From Chiloscyllium plagiosum (lineage: Eukaryota), in NCBI RefSeq assembly GCF_004010195.1, contig NC_057751.1, positions 4,363,137 through 4,417,716 of the forward strand: 54,580 nt of DNA, written 5' to 3'. Both the position numbers and the translations under genes were made by a program. Shown in pieces: positions 35,113 to 48,975 of this stretch (its first letter is position 1; each line of letters opens with the position of its first letter). The notes beneath the pieces are model-generated. The model saw only the letters and a program-made list of their open reading frames with translations. It was not told where the DNA came from and did not search any database.

Positions 35113-35409
35113 GTGACAGCCTTCAATGTCAACACCAACATGAGGGTCCCTGGGTATCCGAGGAGGATCACCGATGTCTTCCCAGCCCTGTTCCCTGGAG
35201 ATCACCCAGTCAGCAATCTGGATGCAGTCTACTATTCCGACACCCACAGAGCCACCTTCCTGTTCAAGGGCCTTTACTTCTGGAGGGTGGTCAACAGACA
35301 CGACCGGCTCAGCAACCCCCACCTGCCTTACAACGGGCTGCAAGCCAAGCGCAAGGTCAGCGAGCAGTGGCTGGACATCTGTAATGTGCACCCCTCTGCC
35401 ATGGCCTAA
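35113..35409 (+). CDS. MMP21: MMP21-like exon 7 (terminal; VTAFNVNTN...SEQWLDICNVHPSAMA*); spliced CDS 1809 nt = 602 aa plus stop
   Basis: Acceptor ctcccacAG; C-terminal WxDICNVH closes the hemopexin disulfide; TAA at 35407-35409. All seven exon phases are compatible. Confidence 0.94.
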   Translation: MTAFNVNTNMRVPGYPRRITDVFPALFPGDHPVSNLDAVYYSDTHRATFLFKGLYFWRVVNRHDRLSNPHLPYNGLQAKRKVSEQWLDICNVHPSAMA

Positions 35410-36354
35410 GGCTGGCAGAAGGACCCCCTCTAAAGTTCTAGGAGGGAGACTCCGAGATGGGGAGAGGGGAGGCAGGAACATCACGAAAAACAGAAAGACT
35501 CAACTTTGAGGGGGCTGGGGTAGATGATTTGTTTTGCGCTTTGCCCTGACCTCTCTGTGTTCCAAAACATCCAGTTTCTACATCCCTCCCTCTAAGTCAG
35601 GAGGCCCAGGTTCGATCCCACCTGCTCCAGTGGTGCATAATAGCATCTCTGCACGGATTGATTGGAAAACGAATCCTGTCCATGTCCAGAGCCACTGGAC
35701 CTGCAATGTATAAAGCAATCATCCTCCTTTTTAAGAAAGAAAACCACACCCAATGAAGATGTGACTTGTCAAATATTACTCTAATGCCCAGCAGCATCCA
35801 TCCACTCTGATATTTCCTCCCTTCCAAGGTGGTTTATGTCCCTAACAGTCTTACAATTGTATTTTGTGGAGTTGAGGCACCTCGCGTGTTCATGTGATTG
35901 CCAGCTGATTACACAGTTATCCTTCAAAGAATCTTTAGTATTTAATCCTTTTTGATCTCATGATTTTTCACTAGATTAATGAGGGCATTCTAACTTTGTA
36001 ACAGAACATATATAACAAGCAGAAATCTCACAGATTAACATGATTCCTGTGCTCCGCCATCGTCACTCTAATTGTATTGTAATGGTGATTGTGAAATTTC
36101 TTTTCTCTAGTAATGTTTTATGCTAACTCAGTCGAAGCTGTTTATGTTTGGGAAGTGGAATATTTGCACCTCAATTGTAAAAATCTGAAGATATACAACA
36201 CTGTAACAGGGATTAAAATGCCTGTAATTTTACCAGGATCTGAACAAACGTATGTCCCCAGCCTTCAGTATTGCAAAGAGTGAGCTATGCAGTTCGGGTC
36301 AGTGACTAAACTCTACTTTGGTATGATAGAGACTCCATCGGCATGTTATATTTC

Positions 36355-36360
36355 AATAAA
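36355..36360 (+). terminator. Probable polyadenylation signal of the MMP21-like gene (3'UTR about 0.95 kb)
   Basis: AATAAA ends an AT-rich tract after the stop; a second AATAAA is at 36391 and ATTAAA at 36212. Confidence 0.55.
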
Positions 36361-39204
36361 AATATAATCATGTGGATCCTGGCAATCTGAAATAAATAAT
36401 GTTGGAGAAACTCAGCAGGTCTGATATGATCTTATGGTCTGATATACTCCAGGATGGAGAAGCAGAATATGAACATTCAGTCCATTGACTCTGCATCACC
36501 ACCGACTGTTGTATTTTCCAAAAAAATCATGTGGTATTTGTCACCTTTCCAAACGTGTGCTACCGGCTAAGGATTGTTTGAGGTCGTTTCAGCCACCAGT
36601 TCTTCTTTTAACTTTATCCTAAAGTCACAGAACAGAGAAAAGGCCCTTCAGCCCATCGCATCTGTGTTGGCCTCTTGGCACCAGTCCCATTTTCCAGCAC
36701 TTGGCCCAAAGCCTTGAATGTTATGACATTGCAAGTGCTCATCACGTATGTCTCGAAGGTAGAGCAGACTTTGCCCTCTCTGACTTGGCCCTATCTCGTG
36801 ATGAGTGGTAGAGAACACACCACTGTAGAGTATCTGCAGATGAAACTCTGGGCTTAGAGAATAATGAAAAGGTTTCCTGCAAGACAGCAATAAATACATC
36901 TGGTTTTGTTCAGGCATCACCCAGAGGACTTTTGGGAGCTGCTCCAGATCCACCTGCTCCCTCTGAAAGCTGGAGTAAAACTCCTCACCTCTCCCCACAG
37001 ATTGTGGGTGATATCTTGAAAATGGTTCGTGCCAACGTGAAATGGGGGATGAGCTATTTCAGAACTACAACCTCATATAACATCTTTCCCTTAACAATTG
37101 TTGCAAACAGAACAGAGCAGAAGCTGAGAAATTTACACAGACTTTTACAACCACGGCTTTTCAAAAAACACACACATCACAGTGACCATCTCTTTCTGAA
37201 GCTCGTGTCTGTTTCTCTTAGTTTTAATTCCCATTGCAGTCTCATTGAAAACCTTAGCTTAAGCAGCTACCTCAGGCAATTCAAGGTCAGTTAATTTTCC
37301 TTCCATGGTAACGTGCTGATTTTTTACAAAAAAAAATCAAGATTATTAATTATGAAGCAGCTGAAGTGAAACTGGAAGCCTATGTAACTCTATCTTGACA
37401 TGATGAAGTCAGGTCTCAAGGTGCAATCTGATCTGCTTGATTCCCATTAATGAGAGGGAGACAGATAGACAGAGCGAGGGGGAGGGAAGCAGGGATGCAC
37501 GCTGTCTGGCCCCTGGTCTCTGTCTGTGCAGCAAACCCTCCTCCAGCTAAGATGACTTCTCCATGGGTAATGAGCAAGATCACTGTCAACTCTCCAAAGA
37601 CCTCAGCGTGCGCTCTCCAAGACAATCTGCACAATGTTTTCGAGCAGGGAAAGGGGGACACGGCTGAGCTGTCTGCATTGCAGAGACAAAACCAAACAGT
37701 TGTCCATTGTCACCCCCTCCACCCCACCCCCACCTCGGGATTTTATTAACGTTACACTTGCCCACCAACCTCCCAGCCTGTACCGTGAACACCATTTGCC
37801 TCATAATGACACACAGCAGCTATGCCCCAGACACTGTCTCTGCAAAGTGCAATTCCATTTCCCAACCAACCTCCAGCACTCTGCCTCACCTCCCCCACTG
37901 CCAGACAACACACTCCAGCCCATTGCTCTGGGGGAGGGTCACCACATCGTCTGGCACCCTGGGAGCAAGGCTGCTGTCTCAGCCCTGCCCAACTCACCAC
38001 ACACAGGCAGGCTGAGGATCCCTTCTACAATCCTCTTGTATGTCTGGCTTTGGCCTGGAGTAAGTCACACACTGACTGAACACACACTCCCTGGCACAAC
38101 CATGTACAAGTCACAGCAGACAAGCAACTGCCTCCTTCAAAGGCAAGGCTAGTGGAAAACATTGCCAGAGGAAGAGGCCATTCAGCCCTTCTGAGGCCAT
38201 TCCAATATCAGGCTTCAAACTTTTCCTAATTGCATTTTTCCAGCTACATTCCAGCTCCAGATCCAACCAATCACACCAAACAAAACACAAGAGATTTTCA
38301 CTCAGTTTCATCTTTTAATTCCTTCATGCAATGTGGGTGGGCACCATCGACTGGGCCAACACTCATTGCTCAACCATTATTATTGACCAGAGGACAGTTA
38401 GGAGTGAAGCACATTGCTGAGAGACTGGAGTCACATGTCAGGCAGACTGGGTAAGGATGGCAGATTTCCTTTTAGTGGCTGCACCAAGAGGGAGAGGCTG
38501 ACAGGGGCGGGGAGGGCTGGTGGTGGTGGTGGGATGGGTGGTGAATGAAGGATTGAGTAAGCAGATAGGACCTCACTGAAAAATGTGCTGATAGCCTGAA
38601 ACCAATATCACTGTAGCCACAGCATTTGCAAAACTGTTCTGTCCAATTTTGGTCTACACATCTGGTTTACACACCTTGACCTTCACAGGAGCGTGCTGTC
38701 CTCTGCTTTCAGATTGCTTTACAGGATACTATCAAAAAATGGTTCCATCACTGAAAGAGACCATTTGGCCCATCATGCCTCAGCATGCACCATGTTCCCA
38801 ATGCTTACCCCAATAAAGAGTGGTTTGTCCACCGCCCACAACACAGTCAGGCCACCCTCTACCAGAGATCACTGCTCTGGATGGGTCTGTCAGGGTTACT
38901 ACTGTCAGGATTGGAAGGACCACCCACTGTGAAGACACCCTATGCTCACAGAGATTATCACCTTTAAAGAGTGAGAGAGACCCAACATCTCTTGCTTTTC
39001 ATTGTTCCAGATCTTGTCAATGACGGCAGACCCCTGCAATGAGATGGGTTCCCCTCCAACACTCAAACAAACAAACCCTTGAGTTTCCTCACTTGAAGGG
39101 GGTGGTGTCAGTAAATCACACCATGAATCACAGCAGCTCATACAGTGTCATGAGTGGGCATGGCTGCACAACAGTCTCCAACTTTTCAGTTGGATGGCTT
39201 TTTA

Positions 39205-39750
39205 CTTACATTCATTCACAGAATATAGGCATCCCTGACTGGGCCAGCCTTAATTACCAACCCTGACTTGCCTTTGAGACAGCGATGTCGGTGATCTGTG
39301 GTCTTCATCTTCTGTGTTGCTTGGGGTGAGCAGGAACACTAACAGGAGTTAAGGTTAGAAATCACTGATTCTGACCCAGTGACACTGAAGGAATGGCGAT
39401 ATATTTCCAAGTCTGGATGGTGAGGGGGGTTGGAGGGGAACTTGCAGGGGGTGGTGTTCCCATGTATCTGTTGCCCTTGTCCTTCTAGATGGAAGTGGTC
39501 GTGGGTTTGGAAGGTACTGCCTGACAATTTTTGGTGAATTGCTGCAGTGGTTCTTGGAGATGGTAAACACTGCTGCTACTGAGTGTCGGTGGTGGAGGGA
39601 GGGGACGTTTGTGGATGTGGTGCCAATCAAGTGGGGGTTGCTTTGTCCTGATGGTGTTGAGCTTATTGAGTGTTGTTGGAGCTGCACCCGTCCAGGACAA
39701 GTGTGGAGTCTTCCATCCCACTCCTGACTTGTGCCTTGAAGATGGTCTGT
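39205..39750 (-). mobile_element. 3' fragment of another non-LTR LINE family; related tails at about 6890-7075(+), 28296-28620, 38310-38475 and 45020-45250
   Basis: WTGAAPTTLNKLNTI-like remnant; the ggaaatatatc.cc.ttccttcagtgtcactgggtca motif is shared with 6910-6950. Confidence 0.6.
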
Positions 39751-41146
39751 GCCACCATATTATTCCGAGACACGCTGAACATTGAGGAGAACTGATCCAT
39801 CCATCAAAGGGTGGGCCAATTGAACAGGACCTACCCCGATGGTGTCTAAGGACATGGTCTGTCAGGAGTGTGACCAGGACAGCTTCCCCAACATTGGTAC
39901 AACCCCAGCTTCGTCAGGAGGATTTTGCAGGGTTGGCATTGCTGAGGATACCCTTGATGTTCCCGGTGCTTGGAACAAGTGATTGCAAAGCCCTGTCAGT
40001 CAGAGGGCTGCTGAGGATCAGCCACGTGCCAACGTAAATTGTTAATTGATTCCGACCATGAAGTCAGCATTGGACTTGACATAGAGGAGTCACAGACAGG
40101 GCTGGAGGTGAAATGGGTGAGCTGGGGGTGAGATCACATTGGCATTGTCAGATCTGAGCCAGCAGTTGAAGTCTCTGAGCTCTGCTCTGCTCCCCCCCCT
40201 CCAATGCAGGGGATTCTGTCAGTCAAACATCACCTCTGGTGGGTCGACAGTCCAGCATTTAACAGCAAAGAAAAAGAGCTGAGCTTTCCTGTGCGGATGT
40301 TAACGTTTCTAAAATCATCATCTTTTAAAATCCATAATGTTGCAGAGGGTAAGAGGTTAAAATGAAGGGAGATAAATGCTGATGTTCACACTCAGATGGG
40401 AAACTCAGCAGAGTCAGCTGATTTTTCTGCACAGCACAAGATAAATTTGTCCAATTGGGCAGGAGACAGAGACAGTTCATTCTCTGCAGCACTCGCAGAC
40501 ATTAGCTCATCTCAAATCCAAATCTGACAGCGTGTGTGGCTCCCTTCAGCATGCCACATCCCACTTTTCATGTCTCCAACTCTTTGTGCTTTAAACCCTG
40601 GATCGTTCCCTTGAGGGAAGGTCCACACTACATCTGCCTTCCATGGAGTCAGTATTCTCAGCTCCCACAGAGGTGCTGGCTCCCAGAATCCCCGCCACAA
40701 ATTCCACCACCTTCTTGGGAACAGTGCTGTCCTGTCGGAAATACTTTGGTCCCAATCTGAGCATGTTTTGCTCTCTCTTCAAGATGCCAAAACAATGTGT
40801 GTGGAACTGAACTTTAAAGGGAACTGATTTCCAGTCACTCAGTCATAACAGAGAAACATGGAATATAGGAGCAGGAGGAGGCCCATTCGGCCTTTCGAGC
40901 CTGATCCACCCCATTCAATATGATCATAGCTAATTCTCCAACTCTATACTCTGTTCCCACATTCCCGCCTCCCCCCCGCCCCCCGCCGCCCCCATACTCT
41001 TCAATCCCTGAAACCCTCAGGATAATATCTAATTCCTTTTTGAAAACATTCAATGTTGTGGCTTCAACCGCTTTCTGTGGCACAGAATTCCTCAGGTCCC
41101 CATCTCCGGGCTTGGAAGAGAGTCATCAGAATAGTGGGTAAAAACT

Positions 41147-41558
41147 AAAAGAACCGCAGATGCTGGAAATCAGAAACAAAAACAGAAATTGCTGGAAAAG
41201 CTCAGCAGGTCTGGCAGCATCTGCGGAGAGAAATCAGAGTAAGCTTTCCTCAGAACTGATGGTAGGCAGAAAAGGTTGATTTTTATGCAGGAGATAGGGT
41301 GGTGGAAGGGAGTAAGGAATAAATGACAGGTGGGGATAGAGCCGAAAGAGAGAGGAGAGCAGTTGGACAGACAAAGGAGTGGTTAACGGTCAGCCTAGGA
41401 AGGTGAATAGCTGCTAATGGGGACTGTTAGTGACTCCCAATGGGTTGTGTGTAACAGCAGACCATGTGATAACAGGGCCTGGTGTGTGGGGGTTGGGGTA
41501 AGGACATGGGAGAAGGTGCATTAAACCCTAAAATAGTTGAACTCGATATTGAGTCCAG
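41147..41558 (-). mobile_element. Penelope-like family 2, 3' end; shorter relatives at about 10412-10500, 21507-21630 and 36375-36500
   Basis: The minus strand reads PSGLNIEFNYFR (a PLE ORF C-terminus) followed by the ccagcaatttctgttttgtttctgatttccagcatctgc terminal sequence shared with the 5362-5445 copy. Confidence 0.7.
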
Positions 41559-41957
41559 AAGGCATAATAGTGTGGTGGTGGGACTAACATGATGCTGCGG
41601 ACCAGAGGGAAATGAAATCGAGGGTGTGTTCCAGTTGATATGGGGAGCCTGGGTTGCTGAGAAAACCCTCACTTTTCATCTGGATCTTGTCTGGAGCAAT
41701 GGCCTGATGATATCACATATGGAGCAGGAATCCCTCTTGCTCTTTACCGCCTCCCATTGGTGGATGTGGGAAGGATTTGCGGGTGGCTACTTTATGGTCT
41801 CAATGTACATTTTCTTGGCCAGCTGAAGTGAAGCTTGGTCTATTAAATGGCCCATTAGCTGGATGGTCACCTCCTCATTCCAAAGCTCTGGGCTAATCTT
41901 TCATGTTGAGTGTATTTTCTGAAGAGACGTCAATGTGGAAATGAAGTGCGAGTAGAA

Positions 41958-42100
41958 AGTGAGGACTGCAGATGCTGGAGTTTTCAGATTCTCAGATGCT
42001 CAGATTCAAGAGTGTAGTGCTGGAAAAGCACAGCAGGTTAGGCAGCATCCCAGGAGCAGGAGAATCGACGTTTCGGGCTTAAGCCCTTCATGAGGGAATG
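41958..42100 (-). mobile_element. Short Penelope family 1 terminal derivative; similar copies at about 2877-3065, 3300-3365, 4890-4988, 48353-48468, 49268-49415 and 52376-52563
   Basis: gtgaggactgcagatgctggag...gctggaaaagcacagcagg...aatcgacgtttcgggcttaagcccttcat matches the end of the 18065 element; the hammerhead core is mutated here. Confidence 0.8.
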
Positions 42101-43913
42101 AAGTGCTGTCATTCTGCAAGGTGGCTAAAGTCCTGTCCTGATTTTGAACTGACGTAAAGCAGACAATTCCCCATACTCCAGGTGATTTGCATATGTAAGG
42201 ATTGTACAGTCAAGCATGTGATCGATCCCTCAAATTGTAGTGTTTTATCCTGCCCCTTGCTTCAATGAAGAACCATTGGGTGTAGCCTATTATTGGGACT
42301 GCCTTGGATCCTTTATATCCAGAGTAAACCTGCTGGACCACAACAAGTCAGAAATAAGACGTTACAGGAACCAATCAGCTTGACCCTGTCATGAACACAC
42401 CATCAATAGTCATCAGCTCCTGGTCTGAGACATGAAGCCAGAGATTCTTTCAGAGTGCAACACAGCAGGCAAGCCCCACTGCTCCTCAGGACTCCAACAT
42501 GGACAATGTTAACCTGAAACCCCTTCCATTCAGCAGCTTCCTCCACCTGCATTAACAGGGGAGGGTGTGGGATATGGACTGCCCAAGTCACGTTCACTTG
42601 TCGCACCCAGAGGTATTGGTGAATCAGGGAGCTGGGAGCTTCACCTGCAACTGGGGAACAATGGGGCAAACTCCCTTCAGAACATTTGAGGAATGGGGGA
42701 GGGGGTCATGTCACAATAATGATGCAAACTGTGAGGATTTGGCATGTTGGATGTTTCTCCTGACCTGCAGACCCTAGAACGTGGGAGCACTGTGTTAGGA
42801 AGAAGGGTTGGACATTTTAGACTGAGGCCAGGAGAAATCTCTTCAGGTGGAATGGTTAGAGAGGCTTTGGCATTCTCTGCCTGAGAGGCTGTGCACCGAA
42901 TATGTTCAGGAGAGAAATCGATCAATTTGTGGATGTGAAAGGTCACGTCAGTTGTGCTGGAAGATCTTGTTGAACAGCAAAGTAGGCTCAAGGGTGCGAG
43001 TGGTCTCCTGCTGTGCAGAGATCCAAGTTTAAAATTAGCCGCTTAAAAGAAATTGGAAAATGAACATGAATCTTCACAGAGACTTGAGTGCGATCAAGTG
43101 CTCTCGCTCTCTCTCTGTATCCAGCTTCAGGCCTGAATTGGTGAAGGTAACAGGCTGGTTGTGCATCGTTTCGTGGGACAGTTGAGCACCTGGAACATAC
43201 AATCAATGGGAAAGTGTCCTGTTGCTCCATTACCAATCGGAACACTGCGCAGTTTTTGTGAGGTGACTGAAACTGTTTGTTAAGCAGGTTCTTGGATTCG
43301 GGAGCCTCCCATTTATTCTAAACACACCCATGCTATCAGACAAGGAAGAAAGGGGTCATTCATCTTTTTCTGAATGGTGTCTTTCAAGCAGAATGCTAGC
43401 ACCACTGCCCCATCCAAACCTCCCACCGACAAACCTGTGCTCAGCTAAACAGCAAAAACCACCAAAAGGAAGGCAGGCAGGATGGATGCTGGCCTATCCA
43501 AGCCCAGGTCTGCCTGCATTCTTCCTGTCAGGGTGAAGAGCCTCACAGGGCCAGGTGGAACTGTAAGCCTTCCCAACAGTCAGTCACCAAAGCCCACACA
43601 TACTCAACCATGTATCCCTTGGTCCTCAGTGAAAGGGGAGTGGTCCTCAAGTCAAATCTCCAACGGGATTGGCAGAGGGAGTTGGGGGGTAGGGGGAAGG
43701 GAGTTCTCCCTGAGTCAACTTGAGAAAAAAAAGTCAGGTTAAATATCTCGGACAGAAATAACAGGAGAAGCCGTTAGGGTCCTTCAGCATCAAGTCATCC
43801 AAATGAAGAATTGGACTGGACTGGGATTGGGATTGGGATTGGAATTGGATCAAGGATGGAAGGATTAAACAATGGGCAGCATCTTGCTCTGTCTAGCCCA
43901 CCTAAACTCCACC

Positions 43914-43935
43914 ACACACACACACACACACACAC
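43914..43935 (+). repeat. (CA)n microsatellite
   Basis: Direct reading of the sequence. Confidence 0.9.
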
Positions 43936-44247
43936 AATATGATTTAACAGAAGGCATTTTGAGTGATTCTGAACAGTAAACAGGAGACGACCAAATCCCA
44001 GGAACTAAATTCCGTGCAAAACCACATGAGGAAAATCAGATTTAATACCAGCACTATGCAAATCTGTTTCAATAATGTTGTTAATTTTTTTTCACAAAGT
44101 CACTCGGAAGCCAATGTTATGCACTTTTCAGCTGCTGATGTTGCTGAACGATTGACTTCCAAATCCATCAGAGTGACTGACCGTTCACTCTCCCAACACT
44201 TCTCCACATAAAGAGCAAGTGAGCAGGATCAGCTTGATGGAAGATAA

Positions 44248-44668
44248 CCATAGAGTCGTAGAGATGTGCAGCATGGAAACAGACCCTTCAGTCCAATTTG
44301 TTCATGCCTATCAGATATCCCTAACTTAATCTAGTTCCATTTGCCAGCCCTTGGCCCATATCCCTGTAAACCCTTCCTATTCATATACCCAATCAGATGC
44401 CTTTTAAATGCTGTAATTGTACCAGCCTCCAACACTTCCTCTGGCAGCTCATTCCATACATGCACCACATTCTTTGTGAAAAGGTTGCCCCTTAGGTCTC
44501 TTTTATATCTTTCCCCTCTCACCCTAAACCTATGCCCTATAGTTCTTGACTTCCTCACCCCAGGGAAAAGACCTTGTTGATTTATCTTATCCATGCCCCT
44601 CATGATTTTATAAACCTCTATCTATAAACCTCCTCAGCCTCCGACCCTCCAGGGAAAACAGCCCTAAT
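44248..44668 (-). mobile_element. CR1/HER1 LINE 3' fragment
   Basis: ORF remnant 44331-44603. Confidence 0.9.
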
Positions 44669-45829
44669 CGAAACAGTGGTTTGGAACGTGAGCTGAATCT
44701 GATTTGAACAGCGAACAATGTGCAATTGGCCCGTCAGGCAAAGCACCAGCCATGTGAACAGGTATTTCAGAGGTCATGAGATCTCACCTCCTTGGCTGCG
44801 AGCCAAATCTCATTATTGTACATCATTTCATGTTCATTGCATTCCCCTTCCAGGCTTGTGACCCCAACAGCCAGAGCTAAGAGTGCATTGAATAGACCTC
44901 GTTTGTGCCAAATCCAAGTTTACCTGAAAACCACCTGATTGAGAAACCAATCTGAACTTGCAAAGGGCTGGACAGCAATGCAACTCAGTGACAATGTCTG
45001 AAATATTCTTTCCCTGTGAGGGTTGTGAGGGAAGTGGCTTGCCCTCCATTTGCAGTTGGCCTTGGCCAATGAATGGGCAGCTCGACCATTCCCGAGGGCG
45101 GTGAAGAGCCGAGCACATTGGTCAGGAGTCACGTGGAAGGCCAGATTGGCCGAAACAGGACAGATTCCTTTCCTCAATGGACAGCAATGAACAGGCTCAG
45201 TTCACAATCACAATCACAGCTATCACGTATTTTGGCAGGATATCACAATCTCCCCTGAGAGTTGTTAAAAAGAGAGCTTTGAAAAATAAGGCTGCGAAGA
45301 ATTCAGCTGTTGGGAAAGGGAACACGGGTTTCATTCACATCCAGTTCCCTTGAAAACCAGTCTTCAGGATGTCAACTTCTGCCTGGTTCAGAGTGGATTT
45401 AATAACAACGCGGTAAAAATAGCATTGTTACAGATGTTCAAAGGAATTATTTCACACTGATTTGAGGATTAGATGGATGACTTAACCCCTTGCTTTTGTC
45501 GTTAAGGATGTGGCTGGTCCACAGTCCTTCGACATCATTAAACAACCAAATCAGCACTTGCCCCGAGACATTATAATGGGACCATTTCTCAAGCTGGTGT
45601 CAAATCAGACAGTTTTCAGTCTTTGGTGCATTGTAGATAGTCACTCAGAATGTGAGTACACACCAGTGGAAAAGGGGTGAAAGCAAACAGCCTGAAGAAA
45701 AAAAATAATGAACACATTATTCGTCCCGGTCAGTGTGAAAGGAGAAGTGTTGGATGCCAGTGACCAATAGAGGGAGTTGCTGCATAACTTGAGAGAGGCC
45801 TTGGAGCACAGAATGGGCAATAAAACAGG

Positions 45830-46140
45830 GACCCAGAGAGAGGGAGGGACGGAGGTAGAGACATGCACAGACAGGCAGATAGTAATTACAAGAGAAAGAA
45901 AGACTGAGTGAGACTGCAAGAACACACATAGAGACAGAGATAACTCAAGAGAATAGCAGGCAGGGAGACAGACAGAGCACAAGGCAGCATGCAGAGAGAG
46001 AGAGGTAGGTAGAAAGAGACAAAGAGAAAGAGACAGAGAGGGAGGGAAAGACTGAGTGTCACACAGACAGAGAAGGGAAAGAGAAAGACAGGCACAAAGA
46101 CAGAAAGTCAAATAGAAAGAGTGAGAAAGCAAAAGGAAAA
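45830..46140 (+). repeat. GA-rich low-complexity tract
   Basis: Degenerate (GAGA/GACA)n. Confidence 0.75.
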
Positions 46141-47809
46141 CACAATGAGGCAATGAGTGGGATGAGGGTGGGTGTGGGGTGGTCGGTTTGCTGAATGTGG
46201 TTTCCTGAGGACTCAGTGTATTTGCTCCCTTTCTGAGTGTGGTTGAGGCATCTGCTGTGTGATATTCTGACAGAGCGATGGCGGTCTGTGACTCAGGGCA
46301 ATGTCTGAACCAGCCAATGGTGCTGCTCAGCTGATGTCCTACCTCTGACCATCCTGCCATGGGGATGTTGAAAGCTCAGCACTCTCCTTCATCTCAGCTT
46401 CCCTTCCCCTCCTTCAGCTTGAGACATGATGTCCCATACTCAGGGATTCCTCAAAGCTTGAGCACATATGATAGTTTCTGGCTTTACAGAATGAAGCAGC
46501 ACAGCCAGTGGCTATTGAGCCCATCCAATGGACGCTGGCTCTTGTCTAGAGCCAATTAGTGGCACTGCCCTGCTCCTTGTCCAGCACTCCGTCCTCCTTC
46601 CTGGTAAATCCTGGAAATTTACTTTTGGCTCTGTTCCCACCCATCTGACAGGCGGAATAATCCAGATCCATGATACAGCACAGACAGATATGATCAGTCA
46701 GAATCCAAAATGGTGGAGCTGACCTGAGAGGCTAAATGGCCTCAGGATAACGGAGATGACAGCCAAGTTGTGATTGGCTCCTGTCAATCCTTGATTGAGG
46801 GTCAATTGAAGCTGTTGGAGAAAGATGGGAAGGTCTTTGATTGATTGAGTAATGAACAAACGGTCAGAGACTGTTTGGACAAAGACTTGATGGACCAAGA
46901 GGTCTCTTTCTGTGCTATCTAAGTCCGCGCAAGCCTATACTGTCGACCCAGAGTCTCTGATGATACGGAGTCAGGGGACTGTTTCAGAAACACAGAGTTT
47001 TATCGTCACCTTGAACAAACAGAACAATCGCAGGTTTATCCCACAGTGGCAACTGGGGAAGGCATAATCATGTCACTTATTGTGACCTGCTTTCAGCTAG
47101 ATCTCTTTAAACCAAGAGAGAAAAAAAACCAGATCATTCTCTGGGGAATATTCTGCATGTCATTTTACTGGTGGAGAATTGCAGGATGGTTCAGACCATC
47201 AAGAAATATCATGGAGGGAGGCAGGAGAGCTTATCATTCTACGTTCTTGTCCTGAGAGCACACCCTGCATTCTAATCAGTACTATACTTGTACACAAACG
47301 CAAGCAATGCTTGAGGAGACAGTTTTACCCACACCTAATTTCCATTTTGCTTTGAAGCTGAACCTCCTCCCAGACCAAAATCCATTCCTGACACCCTGTT
47401 CCCCCATTCCCTCTTATTGGAATGCAATATTTCTCTGGGAAGTTAGAGGCAGAACAGTGTATTGACCAGAGCTCCTCCTCCCTTTCATTGCCCATTCAAT
47501 ATTTGGCCAGCAACATGACCTTCAGGACCCAGATTTACTTCAGAGGAGGAAACTGAAAAAAGGAACCTGAAATGGAGAGGAAAATTACCGGAGGAGAGGT
47601 ACCATCTTATCAGCAGAGAACAATTTCAACAGAAAGACAGACACAATGTACTGACATGCATCTGGGCCACACTAAGGGAAAACTCCAATTCCTCCCAGGA
47701 CTACCAGCACCCATACAGTATCCTAAAGACAATCAAGTACTTTCTGAAGTGAAGTTGTTGTTGAGGAGATATGCAGCCTTTGTGTGCACACCAAGATCCC
47801 ATAAATGTC

Positions 47810-48136
47810 CACAGACCCTTCGGTCCAACCTGTCCATGCCGACCAGATATCCCAACCCAATCTAGTCCCACCTGCCAGCACCCAGCCCATATCCCTCCAA
47901 ACCCTTCCTATTCATATACCCATCCAAATGCCTTTTAAATGTTGCAATTGTACCAGCCTCTACTACATCCTCTGGCAGCTCATTCCATAAATGTATCACC
48001 CTCGGTGTGAAAAAGTTGCCCCTTAGGTCTCTTTTATATCTTTCCCCTCTCACCCTAAACCTATGCCCTCTAGCTCTGGACTCCCCCACCCCAGGGAAAA
48101 GACTTTGTCTATTTATCCTATCCATGCCCTTCATAA
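47810..48136 (-). mobile_element. CR1/HER1 LINE 3' fragment
   Basis: ORF remnant 47862-48185; near-identical to 19770-20090. Confidence 0.9.
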
Positions 48137-48623
48137 TCACATGATGATGACCAGATAATCTGTGGCAATGACTGGCCCAGACCATCCTGCTCTGCTCAGT
48201 GCAGAGGGTCCATGGGTCCTTTCACTTTCTCCTCAGGAGGCCAGCTTTGGACTTCCATTTCAAATCTTCACCAAATTGTCAACCTTCTCCATCCACAGGA
48301 CAATAGGCTCACACAGCACCACCATCAACCCTGGGCAGTTGCTGGATAGGAACAGCTTTTGCCCGAAACATCGATTCTCCTGTTCCTCGTACGCTGCCTG
48401 ACCGGCTGTGCTTTTCCAGCACCACATTCTCGATTCTGATCTCCAGCATCTGCAGTCCTCACTTTCGCCTAGGTGCCAAGTCAGCTGTACCACCTGTCTC
48501 TTACTCTCTCCCTCTCCACATTGAAGAGCTTAGAACTGAAAGCACAATTTTTTTGTTTCTTTCACACTGACACACATTGAGAAAACACATGAAAAGTTTC
48601 AAAGATCAGGACTCCCAATTCTT

Positions 48624-48975
48624 TCTGGTCTGAATCTGAAACCCAATCTGAATCTGAAATCTGGTCTGAATCTGAAATCCAGTCTGAATCTGCAATCCGG
48701 TCTGAATCTGCAATCCGGTCTGAACCTGCAATCCGGTCTGAACCTGCAATCCAGTCTGAATCTGCAATCCGGTCTGAATCTGCAATCCAGTCTGAACCTG
48801 CAATCCGGTCTGAATCTGCAATCCGGTCTGAACCTGCAATCCGGTCTGAATCTGCAATCCGGTCTGAATCTGCAATCCGGTCTGAATCTGCAATCCGGTC
48901 TGAACCTGCAATCCGGTCTGAATCTGCAATCCAGTCTGAATCTGCAATCCGGTCTGAATCTGAAATCCGGTCTGA
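48624..48975 (+). repeat. Minisatellite, 18-bp unit (tctgaatctgcaatccgg), about 19 copies
   Basis: Direct reading; the edge copies are more degenerate. Confidence 0.95.

Noticed and set aside
42403..43195. Candidate minus-strand exons (VEEAAEWKGF...; AQLSHETMHNQP...)
   Set aside because: Plausible acceptors only; no recognisable homology and no consistent exon chain.
45641..46360. 239-aa ORF
   Set aside because: Translation of a CT/GA low-complexity tract; no domain.
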